A stretch of DNA of 64,000 nt from Myxococcota bacterium (lineage in GTDB: Bacteria > Myxococcota_A > UBA796 > CAJQPC01). Below the pieces are notes generated by a model that saw nothing but the letters and a program-made list of their open reading frames with translations, made no database searches and had not been told where the DNA came from. Position 1 is the stretch's first letter. Every line of letters begins with the position of its first letter. The position numbers and the translations under genes are program-made. This document shows positions 55,538 to 63,105 of this stretch, piece by piece. Where the stretch lies: NCBI GenBank assembly GCA_036012755.1, contig DASCPX010000179.1, forward strand, positions 113,198-177,197, given 5' to 3'.

Positions 55538-57130
55538 TCACTCGACGGTGAAGGTCACGGTGTCGGCGTCGCCGTATGTGCCGTCGTCGATGACGAGCCG
55601 CAGCACGTAGTCGCCCGCGACGTCGGGTTCGAAGGTGGCGACCGGGGACTTGGGCTTGGCGAGGTCCGCGGCGGTGAGTCCCGAGTCGCTCGGGAGCGAG
55701 GACAACGACCACTGGTAGGTGAGGGCCCCGCCCTCCGGATCGTAGCTGCCGGACCCGTCCGCATAGACCTCTGAGCCGAGGGGCACCGCCTGGTCGGCCG
55801 CGGCATCCGCGACAGGCGCCGTGTCTTCGGGGTCGACATCGACGATGACCTCCGGGGACGCCGAGCGACGATTCCCGGCATCGCTCGCGACCACCTTGAG
55901 CTCGTAGGTTCCGGCCTCGTCGGGGACGAAGGTGACACTGTCCGTGCTGCGCCCGCTGATGTCCACGTCGGTCAGCGCGCTGGCCGCCGGGACGCCGGCG
56001 AAGGACCAGCGCCAGGACAGGGTCTCGCCCTCGGGGTCGTAGGAGGCGCTCGCGTCGAGGCTCACCGTGTCACCGACAGCGGCCCCCGGGTCGTAGGCGA
56101 GATCGATGAACGGGGGGTTGTCGGCGGTCGGGGCCTTGACCTCGACGCCGACGACCGCAGCGGCGCTGTCGGTCCCGTCGTCGACGGTGAGCTGGATCCT
56201 GAAGAGTCCCGGGGCGTCCGGCGCGAAGGAGCCGTGATCGGTGGACCCGCTGTCCCAGTCGGTGTCGGTGAGCACCGAGCCCGTCGGGACGGCCACGAAG
56301 CTCCACTCGAAGGACAGCGTGTCGTCGTCCGGATCCCAGCTGTGCACGCCCTGCATCTGGACGTAGTCCGTGAACGCGACCCGCGAGGGGCTCCCGGCAG
56401 TGTCCGGAACGGGCGGGCTGTTCGGGGCTGCGCTGACGACAGCCTGGGCGAGGTCGGCTGAGAACCCGCCCTCGTCGATGGCCCGGACCTCGAGGTCATA
56501 GGTGCCAGCAGCGTCCGAGTCGAAGCTCGGCGTCGCCGTGTAGCGTCCCTCGATGTCACCGCTGGTCAGGCTGCTCTCCACTGGGGTCAGGCCAAAGCGC
56601 CAGCGGTAGACGAGGTCGTCGCCGTCCGGGTCGGAGCTCCCGCTCGCGTCGAAGGACAGCGTGTCGCCGACGGTGCCCGTCGCGTCGGTCCCGGCGTCGG
56701 CCATCGGCAGCCTGTTGTCCGGGGCGACGAAGGTCACCACCACGTTGTCGGAGGCGCTGTCGGTGGCATCGCTAACCGTCATCTGCAGCTCGAAGTCGCC
56801 AAGGACATCGCCGGTGAACCAGCACATCGCGTTGTCGGCGTTGCCGAGATCGGCGTCGGTCAGGGCGGAGTCCGCCGGCACCGACGACAGCGTCCAGGCC
56901 CAGGTCACCTTGTCCTCGTCCGGATCGGAGCTGCCACTGCCGTCGAGGCTGGCGAGCTGGCCGAGGTCGACCTCCTGGTCCTCGCCTGCGTCGGCGACGG
57001 GAGCGCCGGACGAGATCGTCGACCAGGTCCCGAGTCCCGAGTCCAGTGCAGAGCTGTCCTCCCAAGCGGCCTGGAGCTTCGCATCGAGAGTCGCGAGGTC
57101 AGCAGAGGTGCAGGCGAGAAGCAGGAACAT
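55538..57130 (-). CDS. PKD/Ig-like repeat lipoprotein (five repeats)
   Basis: MFLLLAC, five PxAD(A)G...D(G/A)S.S.DP(D/E)...W...P..S.LT...F.PD..G.Y units. Confidence 0.85.
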   Translation of the reverse strand: MFLLLACTSADLATLDAKLQAAWEDSSALDSGLGTWSTISSGAPVADAGEDQEVDLGQLASLDGSGSSDPDEDKVTWAWTLSSVPADSALTDADLGNADNAMCWFTGDVLGDFELQMTVSDATDSASDNVVVTFVAPDNRLPMADAGTDATGTVGDTLSFDASGSSDPDGDDLVYRWRFGLTPVESSLTSGDIEGRYTATPSFDSDAAGTYDLEVRAIDEGGFSADLAQAVVSAAPNSPPVPDTAGSPSRVAFTDYVQMQGVHSWDPDDDTLSFEWSFVAVPTGSVLTDTDWDSGSTDHGSFAPDAPGLFRIQLTVDDGTDSAAAVVGVEVKAPTADNPPFIDLAYDPGAAVGDTVSLDASASYDPEGETLSWRWSFAGVPAASALTDVDISGRSTDSVTFVPDEAGTYELKVVASDAGNRRSASPEVIVDVDPEDTAPVADAAADQAVPLGSEVYADGSGSYDPEGGALTYQWSLSSLPSDSGLTAADLAKPKSPVATFEPDVAGDYVLRLVIDDGTYGDADTVTFTVE

Positions 57131-57151
57131 GGGATCTCCAGTCTGGATCCC

Positions 57152-57179
57152 ACCTCGGACCGATCGCGCCTCGGGTTTA
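57152..57179 (-). promoter_or_regulatory. Candidate alternative-sigma promoter TAAA-N16-TCCGAGGT
   Basis: Same spacing as the two TAAT-N16-TCCGATCC sites, 21 nt upstream of ATG 57130. Confidence 0.35.
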
Positions 57180-58562
57180 GTCCTCGACCACGCCGACGAT
57201 CTCACCCTCTTCGGCGAGGTCGATCGGCTCTCGCTCTCGCGGCCACTGGCCGTTGGCTCGCCGATAGAGATAGCCCAGGGGCTTGTCCCAGGTCTCTGCG
57301 CTGCGGGCCAACGACACCGAGCGGACCTGTCGGCCGTCCTCCAGCTCGAGGATGGAGCCCGGCGGATAGCGTCCGACGCGATTCACGAAGAGCTGGAGCA
57401 GGACGGGGTCGTAGCGCGTGCCGGAGTGAGCCCGCATCTGCTCCAAAGCCACGGCAGGCGGCAGCCAGAGGCCTCCTCGCCGGACGAGGTTGTCGTAGTC
57501 CTCTGCAATCCGGATGATCCGGGCGAACAGCGAGGGTCCCTCGGCGAAGTCGCGGTGGTGTTCGAGGACCGCGAGCATGCGCCGGACCTTCTCGTCGCGG
57601 AAGCCCTTCTGCCTCATGAGCAGGATCGCGCCGGCGGCACCGTGGCGGACGAAGGGGGGCGGCTCCCCGTCGACGTGTCTGCGGATGCCAGCACCGCGGA
57701 CCGATCCCTCGCGCGCGGCGTAGCCGATGTCGTGAAAGACCGCGGCGACGCCAAGGTCCTGGACCGTGCGCTCGTTGAGGCCCAGGGCGTCCCCGATGAT
57801 GAGCGAGCAGAGGGCCACGCGAATGCAGTGGGCACACTCGGGGGAAGCGTCCCCGAGCTCCCGCCAGAGACCATCGGCCGTGATCCCGGCCTTGAGCATC
57901 TCCGTCACGAGCCGGCGGACGGGCAAGGCGTTCGGGATGCGCCCGGCGCCCAGGTTCTGCCAGGCATCGTCGACCACCCCGCTGCGGCGCCGATCGTCGG
58001 CAGCGGCCTGCTCGGCCTCGGACAGCGTCTGTTCCCCGAGCCTACGGAAGCGGAAGGGGCCCGCGACGTCGACGGTGTGGATGCCGGCGACCCTGATCGC
58101 CTGCTGGATCGTGCCCCTCGGGTCCGAGTCGTCCGGGCGGGCCGAGTAGCAGACGAGCAGGTCCCTCAGCTCAGGGACGCTCATATCTCCATGGAAGCTG
58201 ACGCCACCCAGACCATGCCGGTCCAGGAGCTCCGCGAGGGGGAGCCCCTCTGCCATGCCGTGGTCCAGCCGCACGCGCACGTCGTTCACGTAGATCTGGT
58301 CCTCGACGGTGATGACGTGGACGGCGCCGACGATCGCCACGAGCTCGCTCAGCACGACGGTGAAGCCCCGGAGAGGGCGCACGAAGGCCTCGTTGTCGAG
58401 CATGTGGACCCGCGTCAGGCGGAGGAGACCGGTCCACAGCGTCACGAGCCGCTGTCCGCGGTCGCGGAGGGTCTTGGCGATCTCGCCGCGGCCCTCCCCG
58501 CGGCCTTGCTGAAGTGTCTTCTTCAGGCGCCCCTGGGCCCCCTTCAGCTCGTCAACCTCCAT
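57177..58562 (-). CDS. HD-GYP-like protein lacking the GYP loop
   Basis: HCIRVA, FHDIG, RHGAAGA, EHHRD, LFARIIRIAEDYDNL, YDPVLL.LFVN.VG.YPPGS. Confidence 0.8.
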   Translation of the reverse strand: MEVDELKGAQGRLKKTLQQGRGEGRGEIAKTLRDRGQRLVTLWTGLLRLTRVHMLDNEAFVRPLRGFTVVLSELVAIVGAVHVITVEDQIYVNDVRVRLDHGMAEGLPLAELLDRHGLGGVSFHGDMSVPELRDLLVCYSARPDDSDPRGTIQQAIRVAGIHTVDVAGPFRFRRLGEQTLSEAEQAAADDRRRSGVVDDAWQNLGAGRIPNALPVRRLVTEMLKAGITADGLWRELGDASPECAHCIRVALCSLIIGDALGLNERTVQDLGVAAVFHDIGYAAREGSVRGAGIRRHVDGEPPPFVRHGAAGAILLMRQKGFRDEKVRRMLAVLEHHRDFAEGPSLFARIIRIAEDYDNLVRRGGLWLPPAVALEQMRAHSGTRYDPVLLQLFVNRVGRYPPGSILELEDGRQVRSVSLARSAETWDKPLGYLYRRANGQWPREREPIDLAEEGEIVGVVED

Positions 58563-60240
58563 GCAGGGCCTCCCGTCGCGTCTTGATGGCCGCCCGCGTG
58601 TGGGCGAGCAGGGCTCCGGTGGAGTTGGACTCCAGCCAGTGCAGGAGTCGACTCCCGCGGCTGTCACGCGGCATGCGGGCGAAGCCGGAGACCGCGACCC
58701 ACCGCAGCGAACCCCGCGCCTTCCGCGAGACGAGCCTCTGGAGCACGTTGGCGTCGGGCTGGATCCACTCCTCGAACTGCTCGCTGGCGATCTCTGGCAG
58801 CAGCGTGGCCATCGCGAGGCCGATCCTCTCGGCCTCGACATTGGTGATGCCATCCGCCGCGTGTGTCTCGGCGACCGCCACGAGCTTGTCGTATGCGCCG
58901 CGCTCGACACGGACGGTCAGCTCGTCGATGGCCTTGAGCCGGACCTCTGGGATGCGGCACTCCAAGAGACCGACGAGCGCCTTTGTGACCTCCCGACCGG
59001 ACTCGATCTTCTGGACCTGCACCAGGATCTCGAGGACGAGCTCGGCGTCGTCCCCGGCCACCGCGAGCTCGGCGCTCAGGCTGAGCGCCAGGGTGGGCGC
59101 CGCTCGAGAAGCCGCCCGGATCAGGTCGGACGCGACCCTGGGTGGGGCGGTGCACGCGGCTTCGGCCAGGGCGTCCTCTCGGCCTGGGATCGTGGGCTCC
59201 AACAGCTGGCGTGCGAGGCGCCGGACGGCAGGGTCGTCCGTGACACCGAGCACGTCTATGAGGGCATCGAAGGGAGCCTCCGGGAGCCTCGTCACCAGCT
59301 CGATCACGACCTCGGGCGGCGTCACGTGGCGGGTCTGGCTCTCGAGGATCCTCAGCAGCACCGTGCTCTCCCCGAGCTGCGCACGGAGCGCATAGATCGG
59401 CGGTGGGACCGGCGAGAACAGCTGCTCGGCGAGCACCAGGAGCTTGGCGAGTTGCTCGAGCCGGCCCTCCTCGACGAGGAAGTCGCGAAAGACCTCGAGG
59501 TAGGGCACGACGTCGAGCAGAGTCGTGGGGTCGCCAGGATCGAGCGCCGCCCGCAGCAGCTCTTCGGCCAGGCGGTTCCCGAGCGGGACGAGGTTGGAGG
59601 GGGCCTGCTCCACGCGAATGGCGTCCAGCTCGTCGAGCTCCACGGCCCGGTAGGCGACGCCGACGCGTTCCTCGAAGTCGGGGAAGGGCTTGTCCCAGTC
59701 CTGCGGCGCCGAGTACCGCGGCCCGGTCCAGCGGCCGGGCGAGCCCGTCCGGATGGTCGTCTCCTCGTCCTGCGAGATGACGCCCTCGACCGAGTGGACC
59801 TCGATGTTCACGAAGCCCGCGCGCCACAACAGCGTGACGATGTCGTCTTCCTGCTGGCGGATGCCCGTGTATCGGATCGACAGGATCTCGAGCAGCGACA
59901 GCAGCTCCTCCCAGGTCACGTCCGGGCGGATGACCAGGCGACGCACGCCGTCCCGGAACATGCGCCAGGCCAGGGATCGCTCGCGGTCCCGTTCAGCGTA
60001 GACCGCCTCTCCGGCTCGGGACAGCTCGAAGGGGAGCACGTCGATGTCCAGAGCCCCGTGCATCTCGCCGAAGGCCCACATCCGGTCGCGCAGCTCGATC
60101 AGGAAGTCACGGATCAGCTGGTTCTCGGCGTCATAGAGCAACAGCGCGCGGGCCGCCTTGGACAGCGCAAGGCAGGCTGCGTTGGCGTCCCGTCCGGCGT
60201 CGCAGGTCCCGAGACGCTTCTCTTCGAGCAGTTCGTCCAT
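58552..60240 (-). CDS. HEAT-repeat-like helical protein coupled to the HD-GYP-like gene
   Basis: KAARALLLYD.EN, MFRDGVRRL, EDDIVTLLW, C-terminal D.AVRRLA / PEVRLKAI helices. Confidence 0.75.
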   Translation of the reverse strand: MDELLEEKRLGTCDAGRDANAACLALSKAARALLLYDAENQLIRDFLIELRDRMWAFGEMHGALDIDVLPFELSRAGEAVYAERDRERSLAWRMFRDGVRRLVIRPDVTWEELLSLLEILSIRYTGIRQQEDDIVTLLWRAGFVNIEVHSVEGVISQDEETTIRTGSPGRWTGPRYSAPQDWDKPFPDFEERVGVAYRAVELDELDAIRVEQAPSNLVPLGNRLAEELLRAALDPGDPTTLLDVVPYLEVFRDFLVEEGRLEQLAKLLVLAEQLFSPVPPPIYALRAQLGESTVLLRILESQTRHVTPPEVVIELVTRLPEAPFDALIDVLGVTDDPAVRRLARQLLEPTIPGREDALAEAACTAPPRVASDLIRAASRAAPTLALSLSAELAVAGDDAELVLEILVQVQKIESGREVTKALVGLLECRIPEVRLKAIDELTVRVERGAYDKLVAVAETHAADGITNVEAERIGLAMATLLPEIASEQFEEWIQPDANVLQRLVSRKARGSLRWVAVSGFARMPRDSRGSRLLHWLESNSTGALLAHTRAAIKTRREALHGG

Positions 60241-60360
60241 CGGCTCGCCGATCCTACGCCATCTGGAGAGGCCAGCGCTGAGCCCCAACCCCGGAAGGGA
60301 CCGAGCCCCGGTTAGTTTCGCACCGCGCTCTCACCGGATTCCCCCACCCTCCGCGCGGCC

Positions 60361-60804
60361 TTGTCCGTGCTCTTCGTCTTCCACCTGGGCATGGTCGTCG
60401 CCTACATCTGCCCCTGGCCGGAGCAGACCAGGCTCATCCAACCCATCTCGATCCAGTGGGTCGAGGTCACCAACCTCGACCAGCACTGGAACATGTTCCG
60501 GAACCCCGCGCGCTGGGACGGCGACATCGTCCACACGGGGGTGCTCGAGGACGGCAGCGAGATCGACCTGCAGCCGAGCACCAGCGCCGAGACCCGCGAC
60601 ACGGTCGCCGGGGAGAGAGAGCCGACCCGCTACCGCCAGCACTACGCCGCGTGAGTCTGCCGCCAGGCACCCGAGACGGTCGAGGCCATCCGCCTCGTCA
60701 GGCACCGCGAGAAACACCGCACGATGCGGGAGTGGATCAAGGGGCTACAGGGTGCGCGCAAGCAGACCACAACGACGCTGATCGAGGTCGCGTGTACGCG
60801 CTGA
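60361..60804 (+). pseudogene. SdpA/DUF5819-like partner of the HTTM protein, with an in-frame TGA
   Basis: LDQHWNMF..P motif. HYAA-TGA(60652)-VCR continues in frame to TGA 60802 and overlaps the next start. The 5' end is uncertain. Confidence 0.6.
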
Positions 60805-61676
60805 GCCTCTTGTGGGAAGGCTGGGACCGCTGGTGGTTCTCCCCCTGCGACCCCCGCGTCATGGCGGCCCTGCGCATCGGCTGGGGCCTGCTGCTCATCT
60901 GGCTCTTCGCCCCGATGTGGGGGGAGTTGGACTGGATGTTCACCGCGGAGGGCACCTACCCAATCGCCGCCCAGGCGGCGGACACGGAGTGGTACCACTT
61001 CACCGTCTACAGCTGGCTCGGCGCCGAGTCCCTCGGCGAAGTCCAGCTGATCTTCGGCGCGACGCTGGCTTGTTTCGCGCTCGTCGTCCTTGGCCTCGGG
61101 AGCCGAGTGGTGGTGCCGCTGGCATGGCTGCTGTTGTTGTCGATGATCAACCGCAACGGTGTGTGGACGGACAGCAGCGACGCGATGATGCGGGTCTTCG
61201 GCTTCTACCTGATCCTGATGCCGACGGGGCGGGCGTGGTCGGTGGACGTCTGGCTGCGCAAGCGCCTGGGCTGGAGACCCCAGCCCCCTCCGGCGCACTG
61301 GTCCCTGCGCCTGTTCCAGCTCCAACTCTGCATCCTCTACGTGAAGACCGGCATCGTCAACGCCATGGACTCGAGGTGGCAGGACGGAGTGGCGATCTTC
61401 CACACCCTGTCGGAAGCTGCCGCCTGGCGCTTTCCGATGGAGGAGTTCCTGGCCAGAGAGTGGTTCCAGACCTGCACCATCGGAGCGACCTGGGCCACCC
61501 TCGTCTTCCAGGCCGCCTTCTTCCTGGCCTTCATCCCGCGCCTGCGCCGCTGGTGGCTGCTGGGGGGCCTCTGCCTCCACGTCGGCCTCTTCGTCTTCGT
61601 CGAGGCCGGCGGTCTCACCATGGTCGTCCTCTGGACCTACCTCGCGTTCCTCCTCTTCCCGGAGAGACCACGTTGA
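60792..61676 (+). CDS. HTTM-domain membrane protein (SdpB/vitamin K-dependent carboxylase-like)
   Basis: W..WWF...LRI..G, RN......D, WSVD, LRLFQLQL..LY..TG, W.DG.A, TW.TL, LH. Confidence 0.85.
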   Translation: MYALSLLWEGWDRWWFSPCDPRVMAALRIGWGLLLIWLFAPMWGELDWMFTAEGTYPIAAQAADTEWYHFTVYSWLGAESLGEVQLIFGATLACFALVVLGLGSRVVVPLAWLLLLSMINRNGVWTDSSDAMMRVFGFYLILMPTGRAWSVDVWLRKRLGWRPQPPPAHWSLRLFQLQLCILYVKTGIVNAMDSRWQDGVAIFHTLSEAAAWRFPMEEFLAREWFQTCTIGATWATLVFQAAFFLAFIPRLRRWWLLGGLCLHVGLFVFVEAGGLTMVVLWTYLAFLLFPERPR

Positions 61677-62626
61677 TCTGGTTGTTGGCCTGCACGGGCG
61701 ACACAGAGCCGATGCTGGGGCCATCCCAGCGCTACTCCCACGTGGGATGCCTCGACGACTCGGGTGGATCCTTGTCGATCGTCGGAGGCAGCTCCCAAGA
61801 GGGGCGCCGAATGGACGCCTGGCGTTTCTCGATCGACCAGCGCACCTGGGAGAGGCTGGAGGACCCGCCCGAGTCCCTGTTCCGCTCGACCCTGGTCCGC
61901 TTCGGCGACGAGGCCCTGGTCTTCGGCGGCACCAGCGGCGGCGGCGAAGAGAACGACCGCCTCTGGAAGTGGGGGCTGTCCGACGGCAGCTGGACCGCGA
62001 TGGAGGGGGCTCCCGGGGGTCGCTACAAGGCTGCGGCCGAGGTCGTCGGAGAGGACGTCTGGATGCTCCACGGGGGCCGCACCGACGACTCTGGAGAGGA
62101 GCAGACACTCTCGGATGCCTGGCTGCACAGCCCCCAGAGCGGGATCTGGGACGAGGTGACGCCGGCCGAGGATCCCGGTCCCCGCACCCGACATGCCCTG
62201 GCCTGGGACGGCGAGGCCACCCTCTGGCTCCAGGGCGGCATCGACGACGACAACACCCGGCACGAGGACGTCTGGAGCTTCGACCTCGACACCAGGACCT
62301 GGACAGGGGTCCCCGCATCCGGCGAGGGCCCCGGGGTCCGCGCCTCTCACAGCATGGTCTTCTTCGATGGCGACCTCATCGTCTGGGGGGGGCGCGGCGA
62401 CGACGACACCGTCTGGGCCTTCGACACCCTCGACCACAGCTGGCGACGGCTCGCGGAGGGCGGCCCGGCGGGTCGCGACGCCCAGGTCACGGATCTCCAC
62501 GACGGCCTGCTCTACATCATGGGCGGAGACCCCTCCGACGACGAGACCCTTCCCAGCTTCGTGAACGATGTCTGGGTCTTGGACATCGCAGACGGCACCT
62601 GGGAGGAGCTCTGGGCGATCGAGTAG
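61673..62626 (+). CDS. Kelch-repeat lipoprotein
   Basis: (M)IWLLAC and six R..H...LVFGG...D.W...W units. Confidence 0.85.
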   Translation: MIWLLACTGDTEPMLGPSQRYSHVGCLDDSGGSLSIVGGSSQEGRRMDAWRFSIDQRTWERLEDPPESLFRSTLVRFGDEALVFGGTSGGGEENDRLWKWGLSDGSWTAMEGAPGGRYKAAAEVVGEDVWMLHGGRTDDSGEEQTLSDAWLHSPQSGIWDEVTPAEDPGPRTRHALAWDGEATLWLQGGIDDDNTRHEDVWSFDLDTRTWTGVPASGEGPGVRASHSMVFFDGDLIVWGGRGDDDTVWAFDTLDHSWRRLAEGGPAGRDAQVTDLHDGLLYIMGGDPSDDETLPSFVNDVWVLDIADGTWEELWAIE

Positions 62627-62630
62627 GGGT

Positions 62631-63053
62631 CTACTCCTGGACCCCGGTCCAGCCCGCCTTCCAGGCAGCGGGAATCTCCGGGCCCACCGTGATCGGCTCC
62701 GTCCCACAGACGCTTGCGATGTCGCGGACTTCGCGCGTGCGGCCGAGGGCCACCGTCACCTTTCGGAACTCCAACTCGGCCACCTCCGCGGCCCCCTCGG
62801 CGAGGGCGTCGGGGATGGCCATGCTGGCCTCCTCGCTGGCCTCGATGAGGTGATCGAGCGTGCGGAGCTGTTTGTCGAGGCAGACACGTCTGGGGCCACG
62901 GCTGTTGCTGTTCCAGTCCTCCAGCTCGTCGCGGACCTCGCGCATCTCGGAGATGGCGGTGGCAGCGAAGACCATCTTCTCGCGAGGCGAGGTCACGGAC
63001 TCCTGCTCGAGCGCACCTCTGGCGGCGAAGGCGGATGAGAGCAACAGGAGCAT
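62631..63053 (-). CDS. Secreted helical hypothetical protein with two Cys
   Basis: MLLLLSSAFA signal, VCLDKQL...EFRKVTVA...VCG. The longer track ORF is antisense to the next gene. Confidence 0.65.
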   Translation of the reverse strand: MLLLLSSAFAARGALEQESVTSPREKMVFAATAISEMREVRDELEDWNSNSRGPRRVCLDKQLRTLDHLIEASEEASMAIPDALAEGAAEVAELEFRKVTVALGRTREVRDIASVCGTEPITVGPEIPAAWKAGWTGVQE

Positions 63054-63105
63054 CGATAGACACATCGGATCGCTATGAGACAAGGGTAGCCCTATGCTGT
63101 TCCGG

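Noticed and set aside
60652..60654. In-frame TGA as selenocysteine or genetic-code reassignment
   Set aside because: The context suggests Trp rather than Cys, I saw no clear SECIS-like hairpin, and TGA is the dominant true stop throughout the window.
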